45,607 nt of DNA from Atractiella rhizophila. Taxonomy: Eukaryota. The DNA is taken from positions 1 through 45,607 of the forward strand of contig MU271550.1 of the NCBI GenBank assembly GCA_021432655.1, read 5' to 3'. A model generated the notes under the pieces. The model worked only from the letters and a program-made list of their open reading frames with translations. It made no database searches and had not been told where the DNA came from. A program made the position numbers and the translations under genes. This document shows positions 12,701-24,826 of this stretch, piece after piece. Position 1 is the stretch's first letter. The number at the start of each line of letters is the position of its first letter.

Positions 12701-13293
12701 TAGATGAAGTTGGGTGAAAAGCCAAGCATTCCACTGGCTTTGACGTAGAGTGGCGCAGGGTGGTAAAAGTTGGTGAGAGGGTTGTAAAATCGTCTGGAGG
12801 AGGAGTGGCAGGCAGAGAAGCGACAGACAGCTTGATCATGCAGCGTTAGCGAAACAGATGAGGAGAAGAGAAGACGCACCACTCCATCCTCGTACCCGCA
12901 AGCTACGATATCATCAAAAGGCGAAACATCGAAGTCCGTAATACTCTTTCCGCTCCCTCCAACATTGAGGGTAGCAACCCGTTGACCAAATTTGCCAGCT
13001 CGCTCATGGGGCAGGATAGTCAGAACACCTTCTCCAGTTTCAACCCGTATCCTCAGAATCAAAGAGATTATTTACCGTTGTTTGTATGCTTCACTAATGC
13101 ATACTCGCTGCCAGCTTTAATCCCATTTGACGAATCACTACTCGATTTGGAGGTTGGTATTTCAGACAAGTAAGCTTCTCTCTTTCTGCCCACCATCAGC
13201 TTATTCCGATCTTACTATAAGTATTCGGAGACATACCTTAGCTACCTGTGCTACCTGATTTTTGTAGGGAGAAACATAGAATCGAGGTGGCAT
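9711..13293 (-). CDS. CORO7: Tandem (class 3 / coronin-7 / POD-1-like) coronin
   Basis: Starts MPPRFYVSPYKNQ. It has two coronin WD40 modules (TDFDVSPFDD, FHPTSSNLL, VDTSTGVIMP..YLGGRGD; SDFEWDWFD, WSPDG, LDVSPAILFPYTDWD, VSFTVPR..FFQNDIF) separated by an S/T/P-rich linker. Ends ...VDDDDDW*. Confidence 0.85.
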
Positions 13294-13581
13294 CTTGCCT
13301 GATCGAACCTGGCTTCGTCTCGTTGCCTGTTTCCTTGGTGGTGCCTCCTAGGACACCCCACGGACTGATAAATAGGGTACGTACATCTGCGTCAGTCACC
13401 CTGATTCCTTGATTTGTTTTTTAGGCCACTCGATCACTGTTAAGAGTGAGTTTCTCCTCTGCCTGACCTTCAGAATTATAAGTTCAATACTTTGGAAGCT
13501 CGATAGCTCTACCTTCTGCATCATCTGCCTGCTCTTCCCGAACTCTGCCCAACCCCATTCCCAAACGTGCAGTGCGCCAAT

Positions 13582-15299
13582 ATGGTTAACTATACCAGAT
13601 TCATCTCAGCCCGTGCAAACAAGTTTCAGCCATCAGGCATCCGAGGTCTGTTTCCACTGGAAAATAGGCCGGGAATGGCAAGTCTTCCGTTTTCAGCACC
13701 TCAGAACTGAGCTTTACACCACCACCACTAGATCAGTTTCCTGGCTGGAAAGCCAAATCCAACAACTTTCCCTTTTTCAGAACTCTCAGTAACCATCAAG
13801 AGCGCTCCTCCGGTTACTCTCACGCTTTCTGAAAACGAATTAAATGAAGCCCTACAATATGGGCCGACAGCTGGATTGCCAGGACTGGTGAAGTGGCTGA
13901 TCGGTTTGCAAGAGCAAGAGCATGGAAGGAGTTGGGAAGGAGAGGGAAGGAGCTGGAAAGTCAGTATTGGGAGTGGAAGCCAGGATTCTATGACTAAGGT
14001 AAGTTTCTCTCTATGCCAAATCGCAACAGTGTAAGGTAAACGGAAGGCTGACTCTGCTTTGCTGGACTTAGGTTTTCAACACCATTGTCAATCCAGGAGA
14101 GCCGGTTCTGATCGAAACACCCGTTTACTCAGGAACTTTGGGAGCTTTAACGCAGACGGATTATGTGCCTATCAGCATCCCAACAGATGGGGAGGGTCTC
14201 ATCTCGTCAACACTTGAAGAAACTCTTTCCACCTGGTCGACGACTCGTCCCGATCTCCCTTTCCCAAAGGTCATCTACACCTGTCCCACTGTACGGCTTT
14301 TTAAGCATGGATGGAAGTGTGAGCTGAAATTGATCGTAGGGATCGAATCCAACTGGTTGCTCTTCGACTCTGCAGAGGAAGAAGGAGGTGATGGCACTAG
14401 TGGAGAAATACGACCTTCTCCTAGTAGAAGATGACGCTTATTGGCATGCTTTCTTTCCAATGCTGGTTAGAGCGTGGACTAACAAAGCTCCAGGTTTGTC
14501 TTCTACGGGACAGACGAAAAGCCGAAGAGCTACTTCGAACTCGAAGGTCAAGGCTCCGGAAGAGTGATCCGGCTTGATTCCTTCTCCAAAATTTTGAGTA
14601 GCGGTCTGTCTCCTCCTCTTCATCTCTATCGGGATCTTCCGCTTACGAAGCAAGCAGGTATGCGGCTCGGATTCGTGACAGGTCCATCTCCCATCATAGA
14701 TAAAATCGACCTTGACACTGCCAATTCAAATCTGCAAACTGCATCCACGACTCAGGCCATAGCTCTCAAGCTTCTTAACCACTGGGGTGTTCAAGGCCTC
14801 AGAGAACACTGCAAAGGTGTCTCGGCCTTTTACGAGAAACAAAGAGATATGTTTGAAGATGCTGCTCGTCGGCACTTGCAGGGGTTGGCCACCTGGGTTT
14901 GCTTTCACGATGTTGCCTTCCAGATTCTAATTGCCATCGTTTCTGTAGGTGACTCCGATCGCTGGGATGTTTCTATTCCTCCGTCTTCAGCTGGATGAGG
15001 ATCCAAGCGTCGTAGCAGACACGTATCATGCCATCAGCAGCACAGCCATTGAGAAAGGTATCTTAGGAGTCCCAGGAACAGTACGTCTTTTCCGTTCCGA
15101 TGAAGGGAACGCTTGCTGATCACCGTTGGACTGGGGTTGCTAGTCGTTTATGCCTGGCGGTGGGAAGTCACCTTACGTTCGCGTTAGCTTCTCCCTCGCG
15201 ACATCAGAGCAAGCGGAAGAAGGATTTAAGAGGTTAAGAGAGGTTATTTTGCAGGTACGCGAGGAACGGAAGGCAGTGAAGTCACAATCGACTAGTTGA
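13582..15299 (+). CDS. ARO8: PLP-dependent aromatic amino acid / 2-aminoadipate aminotransferase (Aro8/AADAT family)
   Basis: Motifs IRGLFPLE.RPGM-ISFLAGKPNP.TFPF, ALQYGPTAG, GSQD, YTCPT-GSNPTG, EDDAYW, RVIRLDSFSKILSS-GMRLG (PLP lysine), P.AGMF and YVRVSFS. Confidence 0.9.
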
Positions 15300-15397
15300 T
15301 CGCAAAAATCATTGTAGATCAGGCAATGTATTGCATAGAATTCGAAGCGAAGAATAAACGGAGTGTAAGCGGATAACTCTTGGCTACAGCAGTCAGG

Positions 15398-18300
15398 TCA
15401 GGGAGAGCCGCGCTTTCGTTTTCTTGTGAATCCGGCTGGGAAAAGCGTCAATACCGTACCGCATAATATTTTGGACAAGGATAAAATGCTCACTGAATGC
15501 GTCCTCATCCTCCTCGGAGTCTTCAAGCATGGCAGTCAGCGTCTGTTGTTTCAACTTCTTGGGGGGCGCAGAAGCTTTGGCAGTTGTACGTCCTTTCCTT
15601 TTTGGTGCAGGTTCCTCTTCGCTCATCTCATCCATAGTTTGACTATCATATGCAAAGGTTTCCTTTGCTTTACCCTTCCCGCCTCGCTGGGGTTTCAGGC
15701 CTTGAGACCGACTTTGTGTGAAAGGATGTTGAGCAGGAGCCGTACCTGCTCATATTAGAAAGTAGCAAGAAGGAGAAAGGAACGCACTCGGCTCGTAGTC
15801 TGGATTTGGGACGAAAGATAGCTGCACCTTCTTCGTCGCCTCATTGACCTTGCTGGAATTCTTCGGCTGTTTCCCATTCAACGTATAACAAATGTGCACC
15901 ATCTGAAGAACGATACGCACAATGAATTTCTTGAAATCAGGACGTCCTTTCCATTGTTCCTCCACCGCAGTAGCGATTCGAGGCTGTACCCGCTTCGGAG
16001 GGAGCATTGGCACAAACCGAATGACGAAGTTGGAGATCGCTGAATCGTCTTTCCAACCCTCCAACTCCTTTCTCTGCGAGTCGTTAAGTGGTTCATCTGC
16101 CCAACCAATCTTCACCGCTTGTTTCGGCTTCGGAGCATCTGAAAGTCGTGGTCGAGTGATTTTCAGGCTGTTGAACTCCTCATCCAGCTCTTTGTCAATC
16201 TCGCTCACCTTTCGTCGACCTTTATTGACGGTGATGAACTGGGCTTCGTCGCTCTTCCCTTCATCCTCCTTGCTACCTTTACGATGCCTTTCTCTTTGCG
16301 TTTTAGATGTAGAAACATCCTCGTCCTTTTTCTTCTTCCTCGGAGCTGGCTGACTGTCCTCTTCTTCGACGTCGGAGAGCACGGCTCGAGCTTTTCTTTT
16401 CCTGGATGCTGTTGCCTTGGGCTCCGGAGTAGGAACTGCCTTCGCTCGACTTGGAAAAGGTGGTATCAGTTGGCTCTCTGGTGGCTTTTCGTCTCCAAGC
16501 TCCAAAAGGCTGGAAGCAAAAGGTGCGGGCTGATATGACTGTATTTCTGGACTGGGCTCTTTCGGTTCGAGGCGAGCCTTCTTCTGTGGCTGACCTGCAG
16601 ACTCCTCATCGTCGCTCGAATCCCACAGATTACCCCGTTTTCGGCGTGTAGCGGTCCAGCGAGGTTGTGAGGCCTAAACTCATGCGTGAACGAATTGAAA
16701 CATAATATGAGGGTCCTACCTGGGTCGATGCCTGTGTGGGCTGAGGAGGATCTATCTCCATAACAGTTTGAGCAGAGGCAGGGACGGGAGGAGGCTCGAA
16801 GCTGATATCGTCGTCGTCGTCATCGTCAAAGATGGATTTGACTTTAGCGCTTCTTGTGGTCTGTGACTGTTCAGCTTGGCCGCTCAAAAAGATTGAGCGT
16901 AACCTACAAACGTGATCTTTGGAGGTTCAAGAACTTGTTTTGTCGGCTCCGCCTTTTCGGGAGATGGATCAACAGGCATCGAAGATTGATTTGGATTGGT
17001 AGGAGGCACGGGAAGTGAAGGAGCAGGACTCGACAGTACTGAATCCTGTGTTGGTGGGGGGACGCGACCTATTCAGACGTCGATGACGATCTTAATATTT
17101 TAAGAAAAACGGACTGTCAACCTGCGCATCTACTTTGCACTTGGGGATTTCACCGAAGAGAAGTCGTGGCTCTTTCCTCAAGAAAGCTTCCGCCATCAGA
17201 TCAAAGGTTGTGAAGTTGACGATCCCAGCTCTGAGCGCATATAGACAGTCAGCGACGGAAAGCGGTCTATATAATACACACTCACTTGATCGCAGTTTGG
17301 CGAGCGAGAGATTCGACATGCTTTTGGATATCGTTCGCAAATACAATAAATGTTTTTTCCGGTGTGGTATATTCTGATTCTTTGTGTTCCTTGAGAATGC
17401 TTGGAAGTTGATCGATAGGGCCGTCATGTTGATAAAACCGAACATCGTCAATCTGTATATCACCCTCACTTGACCATCCCTAGCATTCGTGAGCATCAAA
17501 AGACAACAAAATGCTAGTTGTCGACTAACTGTAAAGGCGTCATCGCCCACCCCAACAAAAAAGCAGCCTGCAAATACCTCCGCCCTATTCGCGTCTGGTT
17601 TCCAAAATTTGGAATCGTAAAATTTTGGCTCCTCGTCATTTTCAGAGATAGCTGCGTTAGGAAAACACTCCTCTTCCTTGGCCCAGTTCTTCTCGAAGTC
17701 TAGTTCTAAAGAACAAAATCCCTGTCTTCGAACATTCGGGTCGGTTGGATAGTTAAATCCATGCTCTTCATAATAGTTTGAATACCATTTCTGGAACTCG
17801 TTTGCGGCCTCTTCAGTCAAATGAGTGGGTAACTTCGGAGGCTCAGGTGACAAAGTAATTGGGTTGTACTTCGCTGCCGGAGCCAGAGCGTCAAGCCAGG
17901 ACTGACTAATGAGCCAAGCGCCTTGTAAGCTGAGTTGAATGGCGCGAAAGTCTAGCTTGAATGTTGGGAGAATAGCATGTGTAACGTTCGAATCGATAGG
18001 TGGTGATGAAGAAGAAACGATCGAACCGCCTACCCACCGTTTTAGTCGACGCAGGATACGCACCAGACCTTACCGACTCTTTTCACCACCTCCTGGAGCT
18101 CCTTCTTGATCTTCTTGGTACCAAACAGGCAAAATGGTTGCCATCGAAAACTGGGCAACTCTCAACAACTCTCAGCATTAAAGAAGCGGACAGAGTAATC
18201 ATACGTGAATGTCCTCGTATGAGGTCCAGAAGCTCTGGTGCTGACCACGTCGCCATCCTGCAAATTTTGAAGGACGGGTTTGGTCGCGTCTCCGATTGTC

Positions 18301-18655
18301 GTAGAACTTCCATCCCTGTGAAGATGTGCAGTGGCTTTGGGAAATACGCCAACTTCCAAAGGAACAGCTCCATTCTGTTTACTTTGTCAACTCTGTGAAG
18401 GTTGGGGGAAGCGAAAGACAATCCACTTTATCAGCTTGTTTCACGGACAGCTTCATCCATTGCCGCTTGTTCGCCCTACCTCCAATGGAGAAATCATTCA
18501 TATGGCCACGACCAATGCAATAGCTCCTCCCGGGTATCAAAAGTTTGGTTTGCTCTACAAACGCGTCGTCTTACCAAACCATACTTTCTGTCACAGGAGA
18601 ACGCACCGATTTCTTTGCCATTCGGCTGCACAAACATTCCAGTTAACAGCCACAT
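15398..18655 (-). CDS. NBS1: Nibrin / Nbs1 (Xrs2) subunit of the MRN complex
   Basis: MWLL N-terminus (FHA start). BRCT-like VTHAIL...QGAWLISQSWLDAL and WKPDANRAEVF segments. Mre11-binding-like WKGRPDFKKF. Acidic/aromatic C-terminus DSEEDEDAFTGFTRKRKRGSP* after splicing. Confidence 0.8.
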
Positions 18656-18926
18656 TGCACCGCTACTAACCCTTCCAGAATCTGTTCCCAATAGACCTCC
18701 TATTTCTCGATCTCCTCCCACTGCCAACTCGCAAATGACTTGCTCGTTGCTGTCGTCGTTCCAAAATATCCGAACTTTGTTGGTTTGGAAAGTTTCAGTT
18801 TACTGCGACATTCTTTGTCTTATTTTGATCCCATCCCCACCTCGGATGATTGAATGCTGCAATCTTATCAAGCTGGTGGTTTTCCTGCGATAGTGAAATA
18901 CTCTACAAATTTTCACTGTTATAAAA

Positions 18927-20448
18927 ATGGCGTGGCGGTGTGTCTTCTCTCTAAGGTTTGTGACCAGTGATGATGTCGATGGACAGGTGTTCAGGACGTT
19001 CCAACGCGGAGGTGATTCCTCCACCCTTTCCGTCATTAACTAATCATCCTATCAGCTTATCCAAAACTTGCACAAGGCAGGACTTATCAAGACTGAGCGG
19101 TGTGGACTCCTCTGCCTTCTGCCGATGGCGTGCTTCTTCTCTGATAGGTGTTTCTGGGACAATCCAGTGTGACGGCTGCTTTCAAGGTGGTGGATAGGGT
19201 GAATTATACTCCTGATGCCTCATTGGCCTATGAGGATTCGCCTCAGTGAGTCGTTAATCCTCCTTCTAACAACAAGAAAACCATTTCGTTCGAGTTTGAT
19301 CTGTCTTGTCGACATGATGTCCTACAACTTGGGTACTTCGGCTTTAGAACTGACCTTACGGTATCTTCTAAACTACTCGTACGACCGACATTTTATCCGT
19401 AACATGACCTCATGAAGTTGACATGAACACGGTCTATCATATTTTTCATATTATTCCACTTCATTTCGCAGATGAAGAGTGTGCCCCATAGCGAACAAAG
19501 AGTAATTCTGCACAAATTCAACGCTCCTTGCAGTTAGCTTTTGTTCTTCATTGATTCCTGTTCTTCCTTGCTTGCCTGTGGAACCTGTTACCGCATGAAT
19601 TCTGCCCGCAATTGCTCTAGCAAGCAATAAGTCTTCCAACCTTGGGACTCATATGTTTGCTGTTGGTGGCAGATCTATTGGCTATGGTGCGACGATCAGC
19701 GCTCCGCACATCCAAGCAGAAGCTGTGGAGAACCTCCTTCCCTTCCTCAAACCTGGGGCGAAAGTGTTAGGTATGCACCCTTCGTCCGTCTCTCCGAACA
19801 CTGACCTTGTTGTTGCTAGATGTGGGATCTGGTTCTGGCTACCTCTTAGGCATCTTCCACCAACTCGTCCAACCACTCTCCGAACACTGACCTTGTTGTT
19901 GCTAGATGTGGGATCTGGTTCTGGCTACCTCTTAGGCATCTTCCACCAACTCGTCCAACCAGGAGGAACGGTCTACGGGATCGATCACATGCAAGAACTC
20001 GTTGATTTGTCACTCAGGAATTTAGAGAGAGACGGGAAGAAGGAATTACTTGACAATGGCGACATCAGAGTCGTGTGCGGGGACGGGAGAAAGGGATGGG
20101 CTGACGCTGAAGTGGGACTGTTTGATGCTATACACGTCGGAGCTGTTCGTCTCTCCCTCTCTCATCTAACGTTCAGATTGTGTTGATGTGTTTGGTGGTG
20201 GGATAGGCAGCCCCGGTGATGCCCCAAGCTCTAGTCGACCAACTCGCAAAGCCAGGTCGTATGTTCATCCCCGTAGGGACTTATCAGCAATCTATCGTCC
20301 AAGTCGACAAGGACGCGAACGGCGAAGTCAGTCAGCAGACGCTCATGGGTGTCATGTATGTTCCGTAAGTCCTCCCTCTCTCTGCCCAGCAATTTGCTGA
20401 CTAGCTGGGCTGGTTAGGTTGACAGACAGGAAGAAGCAGTGGGATTGA
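18927..20448 (+). CDS. PCMT1: Protein-L-isoaspartate O-methyltransferase
   Basis: Spliced product: [105 protein letters not shown]. Confidence 0.93.
19790..19961 (+). repeat. Exact 86-bp tandem duplication spanning a branch point, 3' splice site and exon start in PIMT
   Basis: The unit ctctccgaacactgaccttgttgttgctagatgtgggatctgg...caactcgtccaacca occurs at 19790-19875 and again at 19876-19961. Confidence 0.95.
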
Positions 20449-20621
20449 CGCAAGCGGATGCTTCATAGTTTATTTGGGTACATTCCTTTCAGGTGAAACC
20501 AATGTGTTATTGCGCTGAAGTTGATATAGTGAATAAGTGCATGTACCAATCAGTTTGTATTAAATAAAAACGCGTGACATGTACTTTCGTTCATTTAACC
20601 CGTTCTGCACCGCTCAAACAA

Positions 20622-23116
20622 TCAAGCCTTCCTCTTTCTTACTATTCTAACTGGCTCCGGTTCCACAGAAGACGCCTTTCCTTTTCCCTTGATACTCCTC
20701 GAACTTGGCATCTTGCTTTCTTTCTCAGGCTTCAACATCAACGGATCCTCGCTAATACTCTCAAGAGAATCTTTTTCCTTCTCCTTTCCAGCTGGGACAG
20801 AAGGAGGCTCGTGACTCTTCAACCTGCTGCTACGCCTAACTGCCATTGGAGTCGCACCGGTTGTCGAGGCTGTAGTGCTGCTAGGTTTCTTTTTTCGTGC
20901 CTCCAGTAGATTTGACCGAAGAGTTGCTAGTGGTCCGCTTCATAGCTGCTGCACTCGTGGTTGCAGTGGAGGAAGGAGGTCGTGCCTTTCTCTTAGTCCC
21001 CACCTTCTCAATCGGGGCTTCTCTATCCATTGTTTCCTCATGCTCTTCCACATTCGCCGCTTCAAGAGCTCCGTCTGTCCATCCACCTGGCACCTGCTTC
21101 TCTGCCTTTCCGCCAGGGCCGGTTATAGTATTAGTCTTCTTCGGTGGTGCAACTATGCGGCTCTTCTTTCCATTCGCAATGGCTGCCGTGGAAGCTAGAT
21201 CCCTGACGCTCGTCCCGCGCTTCATCTCGTTCAAAAATTTGCCGGTATTTTGTCTCTTGAGCTGCGAAAGTACCTTCGAAACCTTCGGTGTCAACGGTTC
21301 AGGAGCGCCAGATCTCTGACGGCGAATTTCCGGTGCCTCGTTGCCCGAAGAGACTGGTGTTCCATCCCTGTTTCTCTTCAAAGGAGAGACAGAGCTCGTG
21401 AGCGGCGCTTCAGAGGGAATGGTGGAGGCTGCTGCTGCTTGAGAGGCGACGGCAAAAGGTACGAAGGGGACAGTTCCAAGTCCTGCGAGTGTTGGAGTAG
21501 ACGGTTTCGAGTGTGAAAAAGGTGCCATGGGGCTCTCTTCCCGATGTCCAAATGAGAACGGAGAACCACGACTGATGGCTGGGGAACCGATCCTTGACCT
21601 AAGCGGTGAGTCGAAGGCAGGGCTTTGTCTGACGGCTGGAGAACCGAGTTTGAAAGGTGTCGGGCTGGCGAGATCGAGAACATCCTCTTCTCTGACCTTC
21701 CTCGTACTCGCAGGACTAGCCATCGCATCTCCTCCCCTGCCAATGCGACCCATTCTCACGTTTTGCTCTGCCAATGCACGTAGGAGACCACGCTGAGCAT
21801 CCCCACCTTCTTTGGCTCTGAACATCGGTGAAGCACTCAAAGGTACATTCCTGCTCGTCGTTGGCGGCGCGGCAGCAGGGGTATTGTTCGGCGGTTTCCA
21901 TGTCATCGATGGTGTTGCTGGTGGAGAATTGGATGGCTTCCAAACTTGTTGTGTCATGTCATAAGTAGAAGAGAGCATGACGGGAGAGTCGCTAGGTGTT
22001 GGAGGGTTGAGGGAGAGGGAGAGGATCGATCGTTGAAGTGAAGGCAGAAGGGCTTCAATGGAGTTCATGATATGGGTACGGTTCGGATCTTCTCCTGGAA
22101 TGGGTGGTGGTGGAAGAAGATGGAAGAATCGTAGCGCATCCGCAAACCTGCTCCTTATGTCATCACAAGCCACAAAACGAACAAAAGAACGACGCACCGT
22201 CCCTCTTCTACAAGCCTCATACCCCACCAGTCCTGCAGGAGCTTCCAATTTTTCCCATCCCTCTCATACCTCAGACCTTCAGTCGGGTTAACGCACAACT
22301 GTTCCACCACAGCCTCCTCCTCCTCGTTCATGGGAAGCGTGACCAGCTTCTCCACGCTCTTCTTGAACGGTTTCTTCGTCCAATTATCACCAAAACTAGC
22401 CGATAAGATCCTTGAAATGTATCCTTCGTCCCTTCTCCTCCCCAAATCCCACGCCTGCTCCACCTCTCCCACTTCCACCATAGCATCAATCACAATCCTA
22501 ACCGTCTCAGGTTCCTCCGCCTTCTCTCTCCCACTAAGCCTCCAAAACGTCAAAACCAACTCTGCTCCACCAGGAGCAGCACCAGCAAGGATGCTGTAAA
22601 TTTTGGGGACCCAGTCCGGACGAACGAGAGGGTCAGTGAGGTTCCTGATGGCAGACTTGTACGATCCACTGTCGAGAGAATGCCAGCCATCCATACTCTT
22701 CACCCAACTCGGAGGCAAGAGTCGGACGCTAGCGAACGCTCGAGCTGGAGAAGTACTGGAGGACGGCGGAAGGTCAAGAAGGAGGTAATAAATAAGACAG
22801 TCTTGTTTGAGCACGTTAAAAGTCGTCGAGCTAGAAATCTGATTGAGGAGTGTCTGCAGGTGGGCCTCCGAAGGAGGAGGATATAGAACGTCGTAGTCTG
22901 TATGGTTCCAACACTCAACCAATTATCTCTAAAGACAAACGCAAGCATACCTGCAACACCAGCTATCTCCAAAAGTAAGTCGATGAACAACCTCCCGTCC
23001 TCCATTTCTTCCCTTCTCTTCACAATGCGACGACACACATCATCGCTCCACGGGAATCCCTTTCCCTTCTCCCCCTCGAAGAACGAAAGCAAGTGTCTGA
23101 CGTGAGAGTCTGACAT
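20622..23116 (-). CDS. ELYS-domain nuclear pore assembly protein (Ely5-like); apparent +1 frameshift near 20890
   Basis: Motifs FPW...RREEM.DGRLFIDLLL, LYPPPS...L..LL..I, KQDCLIYYLLLD, AFASVRLLPPSWVKSMDGWHSLD and PDWVPKI. Long S/P/T-rich tail with RRSSRL. ATG at 23116. Confidence 0.8.
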
Positions 23117-23470
23117 GAGCGAGCCACCTTTAGACTGGATTATTAGGAAGGGAGGTTCAATGCCTACTGGAGGTGGACGCGTGCTGAAAGTTGTTGTCTG
23201 GTCGTTTTTGAAAATTTTGCGGAACCGAGTGCACAAGGGAAAGACGAGAGAGCTAGTGGTGGTTGAAGCTTGGGACTTGTGATTTGTCAACAAGAAAGAG
23301 AAGGTGTAAAGGAGCAGAGGCAAGTATTTGTTACAGCATCCTGCGTGAATGGCATTGACCCCATTTTGTCTGAAGCCTGTCTGTTGACGACTTCAACTTC
23401 CTCAGCATCTGCTAACAACTCGGACTCGACGGAAGGGTTCTGACGGCGTTCCATTACACATCGTATCATC

Positions 23471-24604
23471 ATGTCCCCTGGTGCCAGGCTTCCGCCGCTT
23501 TGTCGAGCGTTCCGTCCGCGCAACCGCACGGGAGGGAGGGAAGATAGTGGCATTCTCCGTACCTGACACGCGTCAAGATGCCATTCCCTTACTCGACCTT
23601 CAAACACCAGACGATCTACGAGATATCGCCATCTCCTCTGACTGCCATTATGGCGGATTATCGAATATGACTCTCGAGATGAACCACGATGAAGGCGAGG
23701 GTAGGGGTGTTGCGAGATTCCACGGAAGACTAAGGACGGCACTTTCGCCTTTTGGAAAGAGTCTAGGGTTGGAGAGGAGCGGTTATGCGAGCTTTAGAAC
23801 GATTGTGAGTCCAATTCTGGTTGCAAGGGCGAAGGTTGAGATTTGTGAGAGGGATAGCAAAGGAGGTCTTTGTGGGGGAAGGAAATGCAGGATTTGAGCA
23901 TGCATTCTCATATCAGAGTCCGAGCGAGGAACAACATGGTTACAGGCGGAGAGCAGTTGAAGTTCTATGTCAACCTCCAGACTGAGTCATATTGTGCGTT
24001 GTTTCCTCCCTCGTCTTATTACTCAACGTCTGACCAAATGCAATAATAGCACCAACTGATATCTATCAGCATCCTTTGGCATTACGAAGACGGCATGTTT
24101 GGTGCGGTGTTTTCTCCTTATTTCATGCAGCGATGCTGAAACCAGTTATATTGAAGGGAGGACATTCTCCTTCCCCTTCAAAATTTTGTATGGATAATAC
24201 TTGGCAAACCAGCACAAAACCAGCGCACACCAACCACGGACATGCTCACAACAATCGGCGTATCCGTCCTCGCTCCTCCATCAGGTCGGTTCGACGTTTC
24301 CCTCTCACACATCGACCTCATCAACCTTCCCGCTCCCTCCCGTATCACGAGCCAACCAACGGAGGCGGCGATGAAGAGCTGGGAGGGAGATCCGAGGAGA
24401 GGAGGGGATGTGTACAAGCTTGTTGGAAAGCCTGGAGAGGAAAGCTGGAAAGGATTGGATGACGAGATCATGTGGGAGATCAGGCTGCAAGAGGAGGAAC
24501 AAGAGGAAAATGCACCCATGTTGCCGAAGAAAACGACCACCATGTTGCCGCTGGAGAAGCAAAACGCGAAGCCTTCCACACCAACAGAGGGGAGGAAGAA
24601 GTAA
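23471..24604 (+). CDS. CIA30: Complex I intermediate-associated protein 30 (CIA30/NDUFAF1); start ATG is one base out of frame
   Basis: Motifs SSDCHYGGLS, ARFHGRL, RSGYASFRT, DLS..SHIRVRAR, FYVNLQT, DIYQH.L, LTTIGVSVL and GRFDVSLSHID. Confidence 0.85.
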
Positions 24605-24826
24605 GGTTTTAATGGGAACAAAATGTGCCATATTTACTGTGCCTAGTGCTCGTACTGTAATACGATAATCGAACCCTTGGGTTAATCATTAGCAGAGCGA
24701 GTAACTAATATGCGCGGGTCTATGTACGACGAAAAGCCCAAGAATATTCATCTAGATGCCTTCCCGGTGAAGGTTTCTAAGTCAGGGTTCGGCACTTCTA
24801 TGGAGACGTTTGGATGAGTCGCTGCA

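Noticed and set aside
19316..19354. ATGATGT...CTGA as a mini C/D snoRNA in the PIMT intron
   Set aside because: Too short, no terminal stem, and at best a short match to rRNA.
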